Assembly (NCBI GenBank): GCA_002633005.1
Contig: NMRA01000463.1
Location: 1-64,000, forward strand
Length of the DNA: 64,000 bases
Direction of reading: 5' to 3'
DNA from: Phoronis australis
Lineage: Eukaryota > Animalia > Phoronida
Positions 60,301-64,000 of this stretch are shown here, piece after piece. How positions within the stretch are numbered: position 1 is the stretch's first letter; every line of letters starts with the position of its first letter. The notes under the pieces are model-generated. The model was not told where the DNA came from and searched no databases. It worked only from the letters and a program-made list of their open reading frames with translations. The position numbers and the translations under genes are program-made.

Positions 60301-63300
60301 CTTCTTGGGCTCGTATTTGGCGTTGTAGATTCGATGTTTGTGTTTCTAGGTGGTTGTAAGCTAGCCTGTCCTAGCGACAAGGAAGGGCTTTATTTTACGT
60401 ACATGCAGACCGTGAGGATAGGGGTGCGTGTTTACCCCCGAGCGAGGATAATTGTGGTGGCCATATACCCGATCACCGGAGACATCCCCAATTTCCATGT
60501 ACATGTAACCCTCTACTTGCAAAAACGGCTTGTTGACGATTTAGACAACTTAGTAAACTTTTCGGAGCTTTCCTCTTACACAAATGAGGTGCTTTCTGAA
60601 TTTCAGAGATCTGACGGTATGTTAAAGCTTGAGGCTGTCGATGCTTAAAATATCTGGCCGTGACGTGGCAACCCATACATGTACATGTATGGTTGGGACC
60701 TTTTTCATGAAATATGACGTAAGACTTACGACGGGGATTTGGTCTTCCGCTTCACAAAACTGTATTTGGAAAGCAATTGCATCTCACTTGAGCAAAATGT
60801 TAAGTCTCTGAGTATATTATACACAACACTGCTAGTTACTGGAATAATTTCTATAAATTATTTCTCGACATAATCTAGCATTAAGCTAAACTTTTTTCTG
60901 CAATAGCGAAGGAGGAGCGAAAGAACAAATTTCTGTCTTAAGTCCTAAACCACTTCTATGACCCCTGGATTCAAGCAGTAACGTTCAACTAACTCTTTCT
61001 CAGATCTGAAATCACCTTTAACTTAATCAAGAATTGACGGGATGATACCCAGTGGCGGATCCAGGATTTTGAGTAGGGGGGAAGGGCAGATTATTAGCCA
61101 GGATTTTACCCGCCAGACATTTGCACCCCTCAACCGCTAAATGGAATCTGAGAGAATTTTAGTGGAAGCGCGTGCACAAGGTCAACAGTGTTATGGAGAG
61201 GTTATTTCGTAAGAACAGAAACAAAATACATGTATTAATTGTTTACAATTCATAAGTAAAATGAGGTAGTAAACGTAAAATAGACATAAAGTGGGTAGAT
61301 TAGACGCATTTATCGTTTTTGAATCTGCCCTTACTGTATATTAGAAATTAGTCACATGTGTTTTTATACGACAGGGTAAAACCGAGGAGCCTTATTTTTG
61401 ATACAGCGGTAAACGTTCAGTTTTAGTTTAAGTAATACCAAAAATTCAAACATACTAAAATAGACAAAAGAAACATAAAAATATCAAACTTAAGATAGGC
61501 GCGTATAGAGGATTGCTTGCTTGTGCATTTAATTGATGTTTAGACACATGCATCAGCGTGTGAAATACAAGCTATGTTTTTGAAAGAGCTCATCATTTTT
61601 GATATAGGCGCACGAGCCTACATATAAATGGGAGCTGGGCCCAGTTGCATAAAAGTTATACGCCGTATAGCAACAATGACGTCGCATTATCACGCGACAC
61701 GTTGTTATTGTTGAACAATGCACATGACGTCATGCAACAATCAAACTTATCCAGCGGATACCTTTTGAAGGTTTATGAAACTCAGCCCTGATGTGATAAA
61801 GTTTTCCAAGTGTCATTGTCAACCGTTGCACTCATATAATCATTCGCGTATCAAAACGTTTGATCAACAGCGCATTTTCTTAAAATTTCAGATGGCGAAT
61901 TTAACACGGAAGACCAGAATTCAAAAAAGAAGAAATCGCGGGCGAAGAGAGTTCGGACCACATTTACAGACGACCAAATAAGAGTGCTACAGGTTTGTAG
62001 AGTGTAAACAGGTCCTTCATTTACGTGTACTCTCGCTCTTGCCACGTTTGCGCGAGTTTAAACGAGACAAGCCATGATCCTGGAGAAATCTGCGTTTAAC
62101 TTTTTCCTTAACTTTATGACAATTGTCTAGTTTCTCCATTTTTACGTGAACAAACAAAGAAATGCAGTAACAAAAACGATCGAGTTTTCTCCCTTGCTTC
62201 CTTCAAAGTTATAAAAGCAACGCATCCAGGCACGGCTTTGAGAACATCTTTAATTTTAAGTCCTTAAATAGCGATAATTAGCGATAATCAAAGTTGTTAC
62301 GGCACTCTCCTCGGAAACGATCTAGTGTGCTTCAGTGCGTCCATATAGCAATCACATAAATTTTGGAATGCAAATTCGTCTCATTATAAAACTCAATACG
62401 TGGTCTGAGCCATTACAAATTAGAGTTTTTGAAAATGGCAGTGTACCTTAAACTGTACGTGGCGTAAGATACACTTTGAGCCTTCGTGAGCGCGAATGAA
62501 AACAATTCGCATTTCTTCTTCAACACACGTGATTATTACTGTTTTAATGCTTCACGAATACCACAACTGCGCTTTCTTAAAAATCTTACAACGACTCGGA
62601 GATTCAAGACAGTTATTTTTTGTGATAACGTAAAAATTTCCTGTCATTTCAGAGTGTACACGAACTTTTTAACGCGCGAATGGATTCACACGAAAACACA
62701 AACACATGGTTGGTGACCTCTGGTCAAAGAATGGCATCAAAATCTAGACTTTGGACCATGTGTCGTTTAAGTTTTTTTACGTTCGTCCACAAACGACCAC
62801 ATTGCATACGAGCAGTTGATATTTCAGTGCATTGTTGGCAAAATCTTGAAAATACGACGACAATACATTAAACTATGTAGGACCCTAGAAAAATGTCCAC
62901 ATTTGATAAAGTTGAACACCAGAAATGGCTGATTAGAGGCACATGAAACTTTCCGATACTAAGATTTTTGCACTCTTCTCAAACAGTCTTATAGGAAATG
63001 TTTGTAAATGCTCCATATTTTATGAGGTTTTATCAAATATTAGAATTTCATAAGGTTCATGGAAAAAGTCTAAAATTACGTAAAACGAACAAGAAATGAT
63101 TACTTATGAAACTGAAATATTTCTTTTTTGTTGATTTCTACCAAAAGACATGATCACGCGATAAAATAATGGTAGTTTTTTGAAAAGCTAAAAACCAAAT
63201 TTCGCCTTTCAGAAAAATATACTTTAACTGAACTAAAATTTGCAGTTTTGTAGCTGTTAGATACAGTAGACAGGCATTTCTATAACGTCCTATGAACGGA

Positions 63301-64000
63301 TCCATTTAGACTAAAATCGCCCAGTGTTTGTTGTGATGCTGTTGCAGAACATTTTGCAAGCGGCGTGCGTCAAAGCTATCTACAGTGCTTCTACGGTGCG
63401 ACAACATGGCGAACTTCAATGCAAGGTTAAACCAGAATGACGTCACTTATTAAACCAACAATAAAGTCCGGTCCCACAACAGTATAACGCACAAAACTAT
63501 AAGTGTTAAGTTCACTTTTTGTGACCTGTTGCTGAGCTAAATCAATGCAATTGACACTCGAAAAGGTGTGTTACAACGCCTTGCAGTCATCTTACCGAAG
63601 CAGTGCTCAGTACTTTATTCCGCATACGATTGTTCTCAGCAGTTTTTGACCACTGTGGCCTAGGCTACGCTTGCTTGTTTTGTTTCAATCGTAAATGGGT
63701 CAACAGGTACTTACAGCACGACACTTCGTGTCACTTTATGATCTCTACATGCGTGATCGACGACTAGCAAAAATGGTTACAAAACAGGTGACAATATTTC
63801 ACTCGTCCTCTGTTGCAGGCAAACTTTAAAATCGACACGAACCCAGACGGCCAGGATTTGGATAGGATTGCGCAGATCACGGGTCTATCGAAAAGAGTCA
63901 CTCAAGTTTGGTTCCAAAACTCACGTGCGCGGCAGAAGAAGCACAGAGAGACCAAAGAAAGCATGATGGGAAGTCACGACTCCGTCCCGGACAGTTGTAT
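51297..64000 (+). CDS. Awh: LIM/homeobox protein Arrowhead (Lhx6/Lhx8 class); 3' end outside window
   Basis: Exons 51297-51356 (inferred start), 52875-53062 (LIM1), 59890-60101 (LIM2), 61892-61992 and 63819-64000 (homeodomain [58 protein letters not shown], Awh signature); phases consistent. Confidence 0.93.
51536..51797. mobile_element. MITE, TIR CATGCGCGCACCCAG/CTGGGTTCGCGCATG, 5-bp TSD TGAGT
   Basis: TIR and exact TSD read directly. Confidence 0.85.
52875..53062 (+). CDS. Awh: Awh LIM domain 1 exon
   Basis: ttacag|[64 protein letters not shown]|gtaagt; frame missing from ORF track. Confidence 0.92.
54670..55040. mobile_element. Harbinger-like MITE family E
   Basis: GTCCCTGGTTCTAATC...GATTAGATTCTGGGCC, flanks CAG/CGG; colinear with 19272-19629. 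Confidence 0.75.
56260..56386 (-). mobile_element. tRNA-derived SINE head
   Basis: Minus strand A box TGGCTCAGTGG and B box GGTTCGAACCC at tRNA spacing; no full cloverleaf. Confidence 0.6.
57382..57802. mobile_element. TIR element with internal degenerate ~21-bp repeats, TTAA-like flanks
   Basis: TTCA-AGGGAG...ACAATTG and CAATTGT...CTCCCT-TTTAA; units like GGTTTTGAAGTCCGGACAAGT on the right, inverted on the left. Confidence 0.6.
59448..59598. mobile_element. MITE family A, 5-bp TSD AATAA
   Basis: CATGGGCGGAT...ATCCGCCACTG with AATAA on both sides; relatives at 1-51, 50204-50280, 61050-61170. Confidence 0.85.
59890..60101 (+). CDS. Awh: Awh LIM domain 2 exon
   Basis: tttcag|[22 protein letters not shown]...[21 protein letters not shown]...LLCKVH...ER G|gtattg. 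Confidence 0.94.
61050..61170. mobile_element. MITE family A, 3'-truncated copy
   Basis: CAGTGGCGGATCCAGGATTTTG, colinear with the 59448 copy. Confidence 0.75.
61638..61787. mobile_element. PIF/Harbinger-like MITE family F, TSD CTG
   Basis: GGCCCAGTTGCATAAAA...TTTATGAAACTCAGCC with CTG on both sides. Confidence 0.8.
61892..61992 (+). CDS. Awh: Awh exon, linker and homeodomain N-terminus
   Basis: tttcag|(D)[33 protein letters not shown]|gtttgt. Confidence 0.93.
63819..64000 (+). CDS. Awh: Awh exon, homeodomain helices 2-3 (truncated by window)
   Basis: ttgcag|[42 protein letters not shown]. Confidence 0.95.

Overview
Intron-rich, AT-rich animal (invertebrate-like) genomic DNA, not prokaryotic; most ORFs in the supplied track are noise. 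Reading splice sites by hand gives three genes with GT-AG introns and consistent phases. (1) ZER1, a Cul2/ElonginBC substrate receptor, on the minus strand: 11 coding exons from 15720 down to 336, 3' end outside the window. (2) A complete 12-exon TBC1D13 Rab-GAP on the plus strand, 17857-35793, 395 aa, head-to-head with ZER1 as in human. (3) A LIM-homeobox gene of the Arrowhead/Lhx6-8 class on the plus strand from 51297, running off the end. Introns and intergenic DNA carry many short non-autonomous DNA transposons with 5-bp, 6-bp or CWG target duplications, foldback hairpins, tRNA-derived SINE and LINE-tail remnants, minisatellites and two probable assembly artefacts. I found no clearly novel protein-coding system. 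The best leads are the conserved ZER1/TBC1D13 pair beside Lhx6/8, a start-stop uORF in ZER1, a probable TBC1D13 3'UTR intron, MITE-borne CTCF-like and CRE motifs between the housekeeping pair and the developmental gene, and the 5/6-bp-TSD MITE families.
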